Part shown: positions 14,601 to 27,772 of the stretch, piece after piece
Layout: the number at the start of each line of letters is the position of its first letter
Position numbering within the stretch: the first letter of the stretch is position 1
Assembly: GCA_001643675.2 (NCBI GenBank)
Contig: LSRY02000048.1
Location: forward strand, 665,019-729,018
DNA length: 64,000 nt
Reading direction: 5' to 3'
Source of the DNA: Monocercomonoides exilis PA203
Taxonomy: Eukaryota > Protista > Preaxostyla
Notes under the pieces: generated by a model
The model's input: only the letters and a program-made list of their open reading frames with translations
Databases searched by the model: none
What the model was told of the DNA's origin: nothing
Made by a program: the position numbers and the translations under genes

Positions 14601-16207
14601 AACACTCGAAGAGCGCTGCAGGAATGCAGGGTGCATCGTCTTCGTTGTCTCTTTCTTCATCAGCAGCGCCTTCTGCATCGACTTCTCCTGCACTTTCGAT
14701 GGATGTTGATGGCATTGAAGGCAGAGGTGTGGCGGATGTGTTGCATGATCCGCTTGCTGTTGGGCTGCTGCATTTGGAGAACGGAATGGGAACAAGAGCG
14801 CTTTCTCCGATTGAGCAGATTGGCGAGGAAGATCTCGGAATGAGCAGCGACATGAAGGAGAAAGTGAATGAGCTGCAGATGAATGCAGAGCAGCAGCTGT
14901 TGCAAAGTGTGCTGAACGCACAGCTTGGAGGAGATGCGACACTTGCAGAACACCACAAGGCAGAAGAGACACGAACAGATGGATTGAATGAGGATGGAAA
15001 TAGAAATGATGGATCTGGGGCTGATGGATCAAACAATGGTGAGGATGGGTCACAAGGATTCGGAGAGGAGAACAGGAACGATGACAATGGAGATGATTAT
15101 GATGGATATGGATTTGATGGTGGAATGGATGCAGACGCTGATAGCGAAGGAGAGGAGGATAAAATGGGAAGCGGAGGAAGTATGCGCTCTACAAACAGAT
15201 TGAACCAGTTCCGTTTGTTGTATGATGCACCACAGCAATCAGATGCGATTGTCACCATCACCAATCTGCCAGCATTCACTGCCTTCGACATCTACGAAGA
15301 GGAGGCAGCAGCGATGCAGCAGCAGGGGCAGACAAGCGCAAGTGGAAGTGCATCAGGAATAAAAGAAGATCAGATCTTTCCAGCTCTTACAAAGCCGCTC
15401 ACAACACAATTTTCGGTGTTCAAAGTGGAAGATGTGCAGCTGGATGAAGCACTGGCTGCAAGCAACACGACTGCTGATTCGCTGATGGACGAGAAAAAGT
15501 TTGATGCGAAAGAAGAAAGCAATCTTTCGTTGGTGCAGGCTGAAACTATTTCTATCAGCACTTTGGGTGTTGCCCAGAGGAGACAGAGGCGTCTTGTGCC
15601 AAGGCCGCCGATGGTCAGGGCAATTGTGATTCATTTTGATAGTGTGCCGAAGCGAGTGGATATGCACAGACTGAAGAGAGGGATGTGGAAGGAGCTGAAG
15701 AAGGACATTGTGGCGAAGAAGACGCAGTGGAAGATGTACAATCAGCAGACTGCCGAAGCAAACAAAAAGCTCAAAATGGAAGAAAATGCTGCATCAGATG
15801 GGATGGAACAAGAGCAAAAAAGAGAAGAGAGCGAGACATCTGAACAAAACAAGCCAGAAGTACTGTCTTCAGACAATCAGGCTGAAGTTGTGCCAGTTGA
15901 AAAGCCGAAGCTTGTGCACTCATTCCGAGCGTCGTTGTCGACATTGTCTTCTGTTCTGCCTCCATCACAGCTGAAGGAGACGTCGGTGCATTTGGCGTTT
16001 CTGTGTCTTCTGCATATGGCAAATGATCACAACCTCGTGCTGACAGAACAGTCGAATGGAAGTGCAGTGGCAGAAAGCAGCGAACAAAATGAAGGAGAAG
16101 AGAAGAGAAGTGATATTCTGATAAATGATGAGGAAGAAGGAGAGTTTTTAAATACACTGAAGGTGTCAACAAGAAGCAGAAGAGAAAAAAGAATTCAATG
16201 GGGTTGA
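11645..16207 (+). CDS. NCAPH: Condensin I kleisin subunit (CAP-H/barren/Brn1/Cnd2), multi-exon, with long low-complexity insertions
   Basis: The N-terminal kleisin domain reads YANLIKLSNEN/KINTKNTWSLKLIDY..NFQLASCTLNASVQIYGTRVDSVY, followed by the FLVDPII motif and the C-terminal winged helix KRVDMHRLKRGMW...SVHLAFLCLLHMANDHNLVL. Confidence 0.92.
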
Positions 16208-16645
16208 TATGAATCAGCATCCTTTTAATCATTTTTATCAATTTTTAAATGTTTTTAAAACATTTTTTGTTCATTTTTGCTTTCACAAATGTGGAAGAAC
16301 TTTAAAAAATCAATAAAACATATTTCTCTTTTGAGATTTGGCAAAGTTCATTTTATCTTTAAAGTGAATTGTTTTGCGACAAAATGAGAAGAAGAAGAAG
16401 AGAAGAAGAAGAGATGCATTTTTGCGGACTACATATGCACATAAATAAAAGGACTTGTAAGAGAAGCTGTTTAAAAAACTAAACATTTCATAAAAGTATG
16501 AAAGATTCACAAAGAGAAGAAAGCAAATAAACAAAACCAAAGACAACCAAATTCTTTATTCACTTCTTTTTTATTTTTTAAAAAATAAAAAAGGAAACAA
16601 ACATATAAATAAAAATATTTTTTAAAAATAGATAATTAAATACGC

Positions 16646-19600
16646 TTAAGGAAATGGAGTGGGGAGGGGCATGACGATTGGGCGGGGTGTGCGGAGTGGA
16701 GAGAGTGAAGAGCGCAGACGTGAAGTGGTGTCACCCGCACGGAACGAGGGATAAGACGGGGAAGCATACGAAGAGCCGATGAATGTGGAGGAAGGAGATA
16801 CATTTGATAGAGATGATGAAGAAGCAGAAACAGAAGAAGAAGAAGAAGAAGCAGAGGGAGAGGGAGAGGGAGAAGCGAGGGCAGATGGAGTGGTGGATGT
16901 TGTTGTTGGAAAGGGTGTCGGCTGAATGCTTCCTCTCGCAGCAGAAGGCGACACACGAGTTGAAGGCGCCCATGTGACAGTCTTCGAAGGCGTGCGGGCT
17001 TTGCCATTGGAAGAAGAGGAAGAGGAAGAAGAAGAAGAGGATGAATTGAGTGAAGAAAGATTATCAGAACGAATCGGATAAGAAGAGAGTGTGGAGAGTG
17101 TGTTGGTCAGCCCGTCCTGTGAGGAGCTGCTGAGAGGAATGGAATTCTCCTGAATGTGCGACATAAACGACGGAGTGCGTATCGAAGGGGCGACAGACGA
17201 GGAAAGAGGAGCATTTGCAGAAGACGAAGGCGAAGAAGAAGTGTTTCCAAGCTCATTCGACCCAATCTGATGAATGTTGCTTCGCCCATCCAAATCGGAG
17301 TCGCTGCCTCCAACTTCGTCTTCGTAGCCTTCTTCGCTCATATTTTTGCGTCTTCTGCTTTTGCTTCCACTTCCACTCATTCCTCTGCTTCTGCTTGTGC
17401 TTCGTGTTCTTTCTCGTTTTGATGCATCAAATGCATTTGAAGTTGACTGATATCCCATCGATTTTCTTGTGTTTCCTTTTCTCCCTCTTTCCTCTTCTTC
17501 GTCTCCTTGTTCACTCACATTCTCATCACCTGACTCATCATCAACAGCAACCAGATGTGCATCGTCTTCGTCGTTGAAGGAGCGGGTGAGATAAGCCGAC
17601 GCAAGATGAATGGGCTGTGGCGGCTCATTAGATAGAGTATGCTGAAGAGGATGATATGGAAGAGGAGCAGAAGAAGGAGATGAGGATGAGGATGAGGAAG
17701 AGTGTTGTGTGCTATCTTTGTGAGAGAAGTGTGGAGTTGTGTCTGAGCCACGCGCCGACCGGAACGAAGGCGCAAATTGGCTGCCGCGAAACGGCGACGA
17801 AGCATCAGAAGACTGAGGCATTGTCATAAACATGCTGTCTCTCTTTCGCCTGCTGTCTTTGTCTTCCTCTCCAATCGGCTGTGAGCGAGACTTCCACGAC
17901 GTCCCAAACGAAGTATTTCCTGCCCCATTTGATGCTTGAGCTGCTGCTGCCTTCTCCATCTGTCTAATTCTGCTCTCCATCTGCAGCCTCGAGTCCTCCC
18001 ACGCCTGCTCCACCCTCACCCGCTCTGTGCCAAGCGTGTGCATCCTCGCTCTCAATGCAGTCAGCGCTGTTTCTGTGCGCCGCAGCTGCTCACTCAGCTC
18101 AGCCTCTCTCTGTTTCGCCTCTCTCCTCTCGCTGTCCATCGCCTCCTGCAGCTGAATCAGCTCCAACCTGGCTGACTCTTTCTCTTCACTCCGCAGCTTC
18201 ATCTCGTGCTGCTTCTCTGCCTCGGCATCAGCCATCGCCTCTTCCTTCGCTCGCAGCTTGTCTCGCAATGCCTCTGCTGTTCGTGCTGCCGCATCTTTTA
18301 CATTCGCAATTTCGTTCTCTTTCTCCTTCAGAAGCACCTCCGAAAGCGCCTTCTCCTTCTCCAGCTGTCTTTCGCTGTGGTTCTTCACTTCATTCAGCTC
18401 AGCCTCTTTCTCTTTTAGCAGCTCCATCCACTTTCTCCCTTGTGTCTCCAGCAGCTGCTGTGTGTTCTCGTCTCGCTTTTTCGCTGCCTGTGTGAACGAC
18501 TCCTTCAGTGCCTCTATTTGGTTGTTCAGTTCGGTTATCTTCTCTTCTGCCTCGTGCTGCAGCTGCATAATATCCTCCTTCGCTTTAAGTGCGCTTTCTT
18601 CTTTCTCTTCTGACGCTGCTCGTGTCAGCTCTGTTATTCTCTTTCGAAACTCCTCTTCTTTCTTCCTCGCCTCTTCCATCTGCTTCTTCATCTCCTCCCT
18701 CAGCCCATTCAATTGCACCCCCGCGCTCTCTTCCTTCTCTGCCAGCACACTCTTAAACCTCGCCTCTGCATCTGCCTCTCTCTGCCTCGTGTCGCTCTCC
18801 CACCTCTCCCTCTCCTTCAGATGCTCCTCCATCTGCCTCTCATACCGCTCTGACCACAGCGCTGACTGCTGCTTCAGTGCTGTGTCAGTTTCCTCGCTCT
18901 TCCTTCGCATCTCCATCCGATGCTTCTCCCTCTGTGATCTGATCTCGTCTTCGTGATCAGCAGACACTTTCTTCAGCTCTTCTCTCAGTCGCTCTTTCTC
19001 CTTCCCAAACTGCGCCTCCATCTCCGCCAGCTTCGCCTCCAAGTCGCTGTAAAGCTCTTCCAAATGCGCTTTTTCGTCTTCCTGTTCTTTCTCTTTCCTT
19101 TCTAACTCTTCGGCAAACTGCACTTTCATTTGTTCAATCGCTTCGTTGTGCTCATCCTTTGTCAGTTCGCTCTTCTTCTTCCATTCTTCTTCTCTTTCTT
19201 CGTTTTCTTCCTCCTTTCGCTTCCTCTCCTCTTCTGCTACCTCCTTCATCTTCTGCACTTTCTCCTCCCATTCCCTTCTCACACACTCCATCTCTTCATT
19301 GTGCTGTGCTGCTACTTCCTCCTCTTTCCTCTCCATTTCAGCCATCTTCTGCCTCAGCATCTCCATCGAGTTCGCGTGTGTCTCGCTGATTCGTGTGATT
19401 TGCTCTGAATGTGCATTCCGCAACGCCAAAAGCTTGTCTGAAAACTCCTTTTCAGTCTGCGTCTTATCGTTTGCTGCCTCATCTGTCACTGTTTTAATCA
19501 TCTCCTTGTATTTGCTTTCTATCTCTTGCATTTTTTCATCACTTTCTCTTTTTTCCTCCTCCAACTCGTTTTTCAGTGCTTCCACTTGCTCAGTCAGCTT

Positions 19601-20773
19601 TCCCACTTCTTCTTTGTGGGACGCCTCAACATCCTGCATCTTCTTCTCCCAAACAGCATCTCTCTCTTTCTGCTGATTGTCCATCTGCTCCGCATACTCT
19701 CTTTTGAGCTGCTGTATTGTGGTGCTGTGTTCTCGCCCTTCGTCTGCCTGTTGGTGTGTCAGTGCGCTGATCTCCTCCTGCAGCCGCTCGAGGGACAGCT
19801 GATATGCCCCTTGGCTCGACTGCTGCAGACGCCGCTGCTCTTCATACAGCGCACGTATCTCTGACAGTTCATCGATCACTCGCCTCTTTTCTTCTTCGCT
19901 TTCTGCGAGTTCTTGCTCCAGTGCATTAATCCGCTCCTCGTTTGAGGACAGCGCAGATTGAGCGGAGTTTAGCTCTTCTTGAGCCACTGATGCTTTTGTC
20001 GCTTCGTTTTTGTGGGAGTCAGTCACATTTTCAAGCTTATTCATGATGGATTGAACTCGTTTCAGAAGCTCCTGAACAGAAGAACGAGGAGTTGTCGATG
20101 TTGAAGGGGAGGAATATTCATCTTCAACTTGTGGTAATGTGTTTATTGCCTGATAAAGTTCATTTAACTCACCTGACAATTGCGCATTTTCTGTGACAAG
20201 TTGAGTGTTTTCTTCTTGAATTGAGCTCAATTTTTGTGTTAGCTGAGAAATTTCATATGTATTCTATGAAAGCACAAAAAATATGATTATTAAGAAAAGT
20301 TGTAAAAATGTGTTTTGAAAACATAAAGAAATAAAAACCTTTTCATTATAATTTTGCAACACTGTCAAATTTGTATTCATGGAACGGTTTTGTTCGTTAA
20401 GCTGTTCGACTTGGCGCATGTAAGACATCAACTTATTTCTATCTTCTGCATGTGATTCTCTTTCTGCTGTCAATTTTAAATTAAGTGCATCTATTTCTGT
20501 TTGCAAAGACGAACGAGTGTGTGAAGTGTCTGTGGAATATCTTTGCAATTGCAATTTTAATGTCGAATTTTCTTCTTCAAATCTTCGTTTCAGTTCATTC
20601 AATTGCACAGAATTTTGCGCTTTAAGACGTTGAATATCGTCCTCATAAGCTTTCTTTTGGATCTCTTTTTCTGTTTCCAGTTCACTAACTTTTGTTTGTA
20701 AAAAAGTTATTTGAATTCCTTTCTCTCTGAACTGTGCATCAAGAGTGGAATTTTTGTCTGGAGTTGAGAGCAT
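16646..20773 (-). CDS. Large coiled-coil protein with Ser/Pro-rich C-terminal tail (two exons)
   Basis: The 1194-aa ORF plus an upstream exon (20264-20776 frame), joined by an intron at ~20243-20338. Long E/K/Q/L heptad-rich region; no specific family recognised. Confidence 0.75.
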
Positions 20774-20975
20774 CAACCTTCAAATTATGATCCGATTTTA
20801 TCCATATTTCGTAATTTATCAATATAAACACAATCGACAATTTTGAACAATTTGGAACAAACAAAAATGTTGAAATGAAAAACAAAATCAGAAATTAATT
20901 TTCGAAAAAAAAAAGAATTTTTAAATATTATTTTTTCTGAAGTTCAAAAAGCAGCGAGTTCTAATCATTTAAGAA

Positions 20976-22398
20976 ATGAACGATAAAAAGCTTATTGATT
21001 TGGACTTATTAATAAAAAAATCATTTTTGGAAACAGAGATAGAAGAGACAGATCCGAAGAAATTGCTGGAAACTCTTTATTCACAAAAAAGAATTGATTT
21101 GAGTCATGAAGGATTAACAGAAGTTTCTCATCTTGAGGGCATGACGGAATTGAAAAGCTTATATCTTCATCATGTATTATTTTATTTGACTATTGCTTCT
21201 TTTTTTAGAATTTTAATTCATTTTTCTATCTGAAATTTTTGAAAAAATACTTTTAGAACAAGCTAAAAACGATAGATAATTTGCAATTCAACACAAAATT
21301 GACATTTCTTTGCATTTCACACAATGAAATAGCCAATATTAGTCCATTAGCTGATCTACCATTAATTTTTCTTGATATTTCTTTCAATTGTGTTCAGAAA
21401 TATGAAGGTATGATTTTTTTAACTGAAGGTGTATCTTTTTCAAATGAAGTTTTCAAAAAGATGGACTTGCGGAATTATCAAAAACGTTGGCATTTATTAG
21501 GTTAGAAGGGAATCCAATTTGTTCAAACACTTCTCTTCGTGAACGATTAATTAAAGATTATCCAAAATTAAAGGCCATAAGTGGGAAATCCGTTACAAAA
21601 GAAGAGCATTACAGGATACGAAAAGGAAAAAGTGTGCCTTTGCAAAATAAAGATGCAACTGACGAGCAAACGGACAATAATGATGATGAAGAGGAAGAAG
21701 GGGAAGAGGATGATGAAGATGAAGATGAAGATGAAGATGATGGTTCTTTATCTTGGACGACTGATGACGAAGCAGATGATTCCTATTCAAAGAAATCGAA
21801 TGACCACAATATATTGAAATCAAATCTGAATTCATCTGCTTCTAATCCCAAACATGAAGCTTCTTCCGAAGAAAGCGAAAATCCGACAAAGAAAGAAAAC
21901 GAGCCAACCCAACCGCTTTTGTCTGGCACCTCGCCATTTGTGTCTTCTGAGGTGTCTGCGCTGGCCAGCTCGTTTGCGCGTGTGAGCAGCAGCAGCACAG
22001 ACAGTCAAGCACATTCAGAGTCTGCTCAGCAGCTGCGGTCGGCGGTGCAGAAGATTGGGATGCCTGCTGATGTCGAGGCGTCGATCAAAGAGCTGTCGGA
22101 GGAGGTGGCGCTGGTGCAGCGCGAAATGGAGAGGAAGCGGAAGGAGGTGGAGGAGAGGATCAGGAGGAAGAACGAGGAGGCGCAGAGGGAGATGGAGAGG
22201 ATTCTGAAGAGCAAGATTGAGTTTAGCGAGGAAATGCAGAAGGAGAATGTGAACGATGTGCACAACATCAGCCAGAGTGTGGTGGAGGACCACAAAAAAA
22301 TAGTATGTCTGCAGTGATGGCTGTCTGCTGTGTTTGTGCTATGTTCAATGTACTTGTTAAAGTTAAATGTTTTATTTGACATAAAAAGTTTTTAAGTA

Positions 22399-22443
<45 letters not shown>

Positions 22444-23386
22444 TATTTTTATTTTTATTTTTTGAAATTCTTTCTCTTTCTTTCTCATTTCTTTGCATTT
22501 CTATTTATCTTATTTTTTTATAATTCAATTGAACTTTCTTAATACCATTTATGTTAACAATGCTTCATGTGCTGAAACAATCAGATGGCTGAGCTGTTTG
22601 ACCGCACGCAAAGCACTCTGAGTAAAGTGGAGCATTCATTCATGCAGAATGTGGAGAAAGAGAGCGAACTGCTCTCAAAAGGCGGGGAGGAAATGATCAA
22701 AGGCCTTGAGGCAATTGAGCTGGCAGCGGGCGTGCTGAGCAGAGCAGGTGATGATGACGAGGAGGAAGAGGAGAGCGAAGAAGGTATCGACAGCGAAGAA
22801 GACGAAGGCGCAAATGGCGGAGCTGATCAAAAGCAAAGTGCCGGCAGCTCAACAAAGCCGAAGAAATTGAAAGTGGGCCACCCGAATTTCAAGCTGGAAG
22901 ATGCGCTGAAGGGAATCGAGCTGATTCCGGCGACTCTTTCAGAGCGGAGGAGAACACCAACGACGCGGCTGAAGACATCAGTTTCTCTGCCATCTTCTTC
23001 TTCTTCTTCTTCTTCTTCCGGAAAGTATCCAAGCTCTGTCAAATCACCAACCGGATCATCATCATCATCATCATCATCTTCTTCTTCTTCTTCTGTTCCT
23101 CAGCCGCAGACGTTCAACCTTTCTGCGGCGAAACGGATGGCGTCGAGGAGTCTCCGCGAAGAGACACAAGAAAGGGCGAGGAAAGGAAACAAACAGCTGG
23201 CTGCCTCCATCGCGTCGCTGGCAGAGCTGCTTTCGAGCGACGAGGAGAAGAGTAAAGCTTCAAGTGACTCTGATCTTTCGCTGACGTTCTCTTTCAGACC
23301 AGCTTCGTCGCGGGGACTTTCGCGCTCGCTTTCGGAGCGTTCAACAGCTTCTTTCAGCAGTCCGACTGGAACTCGCTCTCTTTCTG

Positions 23387-23417
<31 letters not shown>

Positions 23418-23850
23418 TGCTTCTTCATCTTCACGACTCTCCAGCGGGCACAAAGCAGCTGCTACTTCGCTGAAAGCAGCCACTTCTCCAAAGCCCACAG
23501 CGCCCAAAGTGCTGTCTGTCAGTTCGTCAAGTGCCAGAGCAGCGCCAAAGGCAAAGCCAATCATCACACCCGCCTCTGCCCGCTCAGAGGCATCAGCTCT
23601 GAAGACTCGCCCATCGTCTACTGGATCAATGAGACCGCAGCAGACACACTCAGTCAGCCGCTCTGCTGTCACTTCTTCTTCTTCTTCTTCTTCTTCATTT
23701 TTGTCTTCATCGTCGTCGACTTCTGCAGGAAAAAAGGTGTCTTCGGCGCATCACCTCTTCACATACAACCCTGCTGACACTTCTTCTTCTCCACTCGCAG
23801 CACTTTCTCCACGCGATGTCACATCACAAGCCATTTCACCTCGTTCCACC

Positions 23851-23882
<32 letters not shown>

Positions 23883-24267
23883 TTCTTCTTCTTCTTCCTC
23901 TTCCTCTTCTTCTTCCTCTTCTTCTTCCTCCTCCTCTTCTTCCTCTTCTCCATTATCTTCCTCTGCTTCCACATCAGCCAGGAGGCCTTCACCGAAGCAG
24001 CCGCTGCGCAGTGCCACGTCACGGCCAGTCTCTTCTTCTGCATCCACTTCAATCCGTTCGCCCTCTCCAAAAGCAAAAGGAAAGCCACAGCAATTGCTGT
24101 CGCAGGCATCGTCACCGAAGCCAGAGAATGCAAAGTCTTCTTCGCCGCTTTCTCTTTCAGGAATGTCCATTGGGTGCAAAAGGCAGCCATCACCTGCTCG
24201 CAGCGGAAGTCAGCCTGTTCATGCAGCGAAGCAATATAGCGGGCAATCAAGGCCTCACGTACAATGA
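20976..24267 (+). CDS. SDS22-class leucine-rich-repeat protein (LRRC46-like) with coiled coil and Ser-rich tail, multi-exon
   Basis: LRRs RIDLSHEGLTEVSHLEGMTELKSLYLHHN..LTFLCISHNEIANISPLADLPLIFLDISFN, followed by an LRRcap LEGNPICSNTSLRERLIKDYPKLKAISG. Downstream exons 21487-22311 and 22585-24267 are bounded by GT-AG introns. Confidence 0.75.
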
Positions 24268-24613
24268 AGGATTCTTTTTGTTTTGCCTTTGGAAAACTTA
24301 TTTTAATGGCTGATCTTTTTTTAGAAATATTCTTTCATTCGAATTTTGATCAAATTATAATTCTCAATGAGCGTAATGAAAAATGTGTGAAAAAATCATT
24401 TGCATTGTATTCATTTCCTCATGTTTTAATGTGAAAAATTTTTTCGATCTTGAATGTGTTAAAATAGGTTGATTTTTTTATCCTGTAATTTATTTATATA
24501 AAAAAATGACGGGTACTGACTGACTTGAGCTTCCTTTTCCATGGTGACGCTGATGTTAAGATTAATTATAATTTTTATAAAATGAGTTTTGCAATGAAAA
24601 AATGAATTAATAT

Positions 24614-27600
24614 ATGAAATTTAAAAGTTATATTAGTATTGATCAAAATAGTATTTTGTTAAAAAGTGCTTTAAAGATGTTTTTGGAATTAATTCTTTTC
24701 CAAGTTGCGATATTGATTTTCTCACAAGAAGATCCATTAATACCTTCAACAGTTTATGTGAAGCAAAGCGGGAAAGATGAAAACAGCGGGTTGGAGATAG
24801 GAAAGGAAAAGCCATCATTGAAGGATGCATATAATCTGCTGAGAAATGACAGCGCATGCTTCATGAGAATTGTTGTTGATGAAAACCCATTGACTGCAGA
24901 AGTGATAACCTTCGGCAAGAACAAAGGAATTACGATCGAAGGAGTGAATAGCGATGGAAATGGAAATACCGAAGTGGCAATTGATTGCAACGTTCATCCA
25001 GGAAGTATTCTTTTTTATTGTGATGCCAATGCGGAATTCAAATATTTGGCATTCCATTTTCCGACAACATTGAGAACAGAGGATCAAGCATCTTTTTCTT
25101 TGATAAATAGTGAATTATCCGTATTAACAATAAGAAACTGCAGGTTTGTTCGACCAGAAGTTACAGGGAACAGCATTGACTTTAATCTTGTGTGCACATC
25201 TGAAGGCTCATTGATAATGGACTCAGTTGAGTGCTCGGATGAAGCAAATTCATTAACATCGGAGAAAGAACTGTTTTTTGCAAACACATGTGAAACAGTG
25301 ATATTGTCAAATATTACTTTGAAGAAAGTTGAAACAGATGCGTATGCTGTTTTCGAGGTCACAAGTGGAGAAAAATGTGATTTAACATTGAATAAAAGTA
25401 CGTTTTCGGAATGCAAATCGCATTCTTACGGAACATTGCATTTTGATACTTCAAATGACCAAAGTACATTTACAGTTGGAGATGGAGGTGTTTCCACTTT
25501 TTCATCTTGTAGTTGCAATGATAATCAAGGTTCTGGAGGAATATACCTACAAATGCCAGCAATTGAATCAGCAAATCAGATTAAATGGCCCGAAGACGGA
25601 ACGAATCTGATATTTGACAAATGTACAGCAGGAGAAGTCGAGTCAAAAAGGAATATTGGAATATATTTGGAGATGGCTAATGATTCATTATTCGAAGATA
25701 TAGCATCAGCAATGAAGAAGAGTTTTGCAGCGAATTACACAAGAAGCAGAAATACGTGGAATATTGTTGGAATTGATTATTATAATTACGAAGAAATTGA
25801 TTTTGTATCCAAGTATTTAGATCCTTTACTGCCTCCATCGCAAGATGCATCAAAGATTTTTGCGAAGTTTGGAGGCACTGGGAATGGTGAAAGCTCAGAA
25901 AGACCAATTTACAGTTTGAAGGAGGCCAATGAATTGTTGGGAATGATCACAAGAGAAGACATATTTGGAATTGCAATATTAAAGTCTGATGATCCTATCC
26001 AAGCCGAAGAAATTACATTAAGCAAGAGCCGTGGAATAATCATTGAAGGAGTGAACAGCGATGGAAATGGAAACGTTGAAGTGGCTATCGATTGTGATGC
26101 CATAGCTTCAAGAGCTTTATTCACATGCGAAAAAGAGGTGGAATTCAAGTCTTTGGCGTTCAACTTTCCCATTTCTGGATCAGAATGGCCTGCTTTGGTT
26201 TTCGGAAATGAAATGTCAACCTTACTCACGATCAGCAATTGTCGATTTATCAGAATTGGAGCTCAATCATCAGAAGGAGGAATTGTCACATGTGTCAATG
26301 GAGATGATTCTGTTGCAGGCAATCTTGTGAAGGTTGTAAGTGGAAAAGTTATGATGAATAATGTTTCATGCACAGATGATTCAATTTGTATTTCATTTTC
26401 GATTTCGCCATTTTATTTTGAAGGGGTCAGCGAAATTTCACTGAATGGAGTGGAGGTGAGCAATGTGAATGTTCAAAATGGAGCAGCGATTGTCATTAAA
26501 GATGGAGAAAGCACACCTTCAACAGTTTGCATTGAAGGACTGAGCATGAAGGAAGTGACATCAGAGAATGGAGATGTGGCTGGCTTGGAGATTTCTTTGA
26601 ATTCAGAAGAATCAACAGTCGCGATTGGAAGAAACGACAAATGCACATTCAAGTCGTGTTCAGCACCGAATGGGAAAGTTGGGGCAATATTCATTGAGAT
26701 GCCAAAGGCAACATCGAACATTCAGCTTCCAGCAGCAAACAATCTGGAGATAGACAGCTCGAACACAGCTGGCTCACAATCTTCTTCTCTGTTCATCATT
26801 GCGCCAGATTTTGATGAGTTCTGCAAACAGGAAAATGCATTTGAGTTTGCAAATGATTATGACAATTCAACAGCTGGGTGGATTGTGGGAGCAAAAGATG
26901 CAGAATCAGAGCCAGAAGATGCGTATGAGAAGTATTTGAAAAGGAAGGAAGAGGAAAAAGATAAGCCAAAAGAAGAAGATAAAGATAAAGATAAAGATAA
27001 AGAGAAACCGAAGGAAGAGAAGGAAACAGAAGGAAAAGGAGGGAAGCAATTTCCTTGGTATATTGTTGTGATTGTTGTGTTAGCTTGTATGATTGTTGTG
27101 GTTGTGGCTGTATTTTCTGTTCTTCTTTTTGCTGAGAAGAAGAAGAGCTCAAAGAAGAGATGTGTGAATGTTGAGGAGGAGAAGGAAGAAGAAGAAGAAG
27201 AAGAAGAAGATGGATTATATGAGGGGGAAAAAGGAAGAGGAAGAGGAAGAGAAGGAGAAAGTGAACTGAAACAAGAACTAGAACTGGAAGAAGAAGAAGA
27301 AGAAGAAGAAGAAGAAGAAGAAGAAGAATGCAGAACAACAAATAATCCTGTAATAATAAAACCAAATTCAATTGAAAATACATCAGCCATTCAGCATTTG
27401 AACAATACAACACACGAAAATAACAAATCTTATAGACATTTACAGAAAGATGAGAGAAAAGAAGGAATAAGAAGTGAATTCATTGAAGAAACATTAAGTC
27501 AGGTTTTATCATCATCATCTTCTTCTTCAATTTTGAATGAAGAAGAATTGCAAGCAAACAAAATGAATGTGAATTTGAAAGAATTTGTAACAGAAACGAA

Positions 27601-27772
27601 CACATTTTCATTGCAATCAAACAAACAAAATGAAGAAGAAGAAGAAGAGAAAGAAAAAGAAGAAGAGAAGGAAGATAATGAAGAAGAAGAAAAGCGGGAA
27701 AAAAAGAAGAGGAAGAAGAAAAAGAAGAAATCAAAGAAGAATGAAGAAAATGAGGAAGATGAAGAAAAATGA
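24614..27772 (+). CDS. Type-I membrane surface protein with a tandemly duplicated beta-helix-like ectodomain and an acidic/basic cytoplasmic tail (likely start 24677)
   Basis: Signal-like MFLELILFQVAILIFS. Two homologous modules (AEVITFGKNKGITIEGVNSDGNGNTEVAIDC vs AEEITLSKSRGIIIEGVNSDGNGNVEVAIDC; LTIRNCRFVR vs LTISNCRFIR; GGIYLQMP vs VGAIFIEMP). TM helix FPWYIVVIVVLACMIVVVVAVFSVLLF. Confidence 0.85.
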   Translation: MKFKSYISIDQNSILLKSALKMFLELILFQVAILIFSQEDPLIPSTVYVKQSGKDENSGLEIGKEKPSLKDAYNLLRNDSACFMRIVVDENPLTAEVITFGKNKGITIEGVNSDGNGNTEVAIDCNVHPGSILFYCDANAEFKYLAFHFPTTLRTEDQASFSLINSELSVLTIRNCRFVRPEVTGNSIDFNLVCTSEGSLIMDSVECSDEANSLTSEKELFFANTCETVILSNITLKKVETDAYAVFEVTSGEKCDLTLNKSTFSECKSHSYGTLHFDTSNDQSTFTVGDGGVSTFSSCSCNDNQGSGGIYLQMPAIESANQIKWPEDGTNLIFDKCTAGEVESKRNIGIYLEMANDSLFEDIASAMKKSFAANYTRSRNTWNIVGIDYYNYEEIDFVSKYLDPLLPPSQDASKIFAKFGGTGNGESSERPIYSLKEANELLGMITREDIFGIAILKSDDPIQAEEITLSKSRGIIIEGVNSDGNGNVEVAIDCDAIASRALFTCEKEVEFKSLAFNFPISGSEWPALVFGNEMSTLLTISNCRFIRIGAQSSEGGIVTCVNGDDSVAGNLVKVVSGKVMMNNVSCTDDSICISFSISPFYFEGVSEISLNGVEVSNVNVQNGAAIVIKDGESTPSTVCIEGLSMKEVTSENGDVAGLEISLNSEESTVAIGRNDKCTFKSCSAPNGKVGAIFIEMPKATSNIQLPAANNLEIDSSNTAGSQSSSLFIIAPDFDEFCKQENAFEFANDYDNSTAGWIVGAKDAESEPEDAYEKYLKRKEEEKDKPKEEDKDKDKDKEKPKEEKETEGKGGKQFPWYIVVIVVLACMIVVVVAVFSVLLFAEKKKSSKKRCVNVEEEKEEEEEEEEDGLYEGEKGRGRGREGESELKQELELEEEEEEEEEEEEEECRTTNNPVIIKPNSIENTSAIQHLNNTTHENNKSYRHLQKDERKEGIRSEFIEETLSQVLSSSSSSSILNEEELQANKMNVNLKEFVTETNTFSLQSNKQNEEEEEEKEKEEEKEDNEEEEKREKKKRKKKKKKSKKNEENEEDEEK

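Noticed and set aside
13726-15087. 453-aa antisense ORF over CAP-H (and similar antisense ORFs over 12723-13622, 18258-18956, 23100-23672)
   Set aside because: Shadow ORFs expected opposite GC-richer, low-complexity coding sequence; no independent domain signal.
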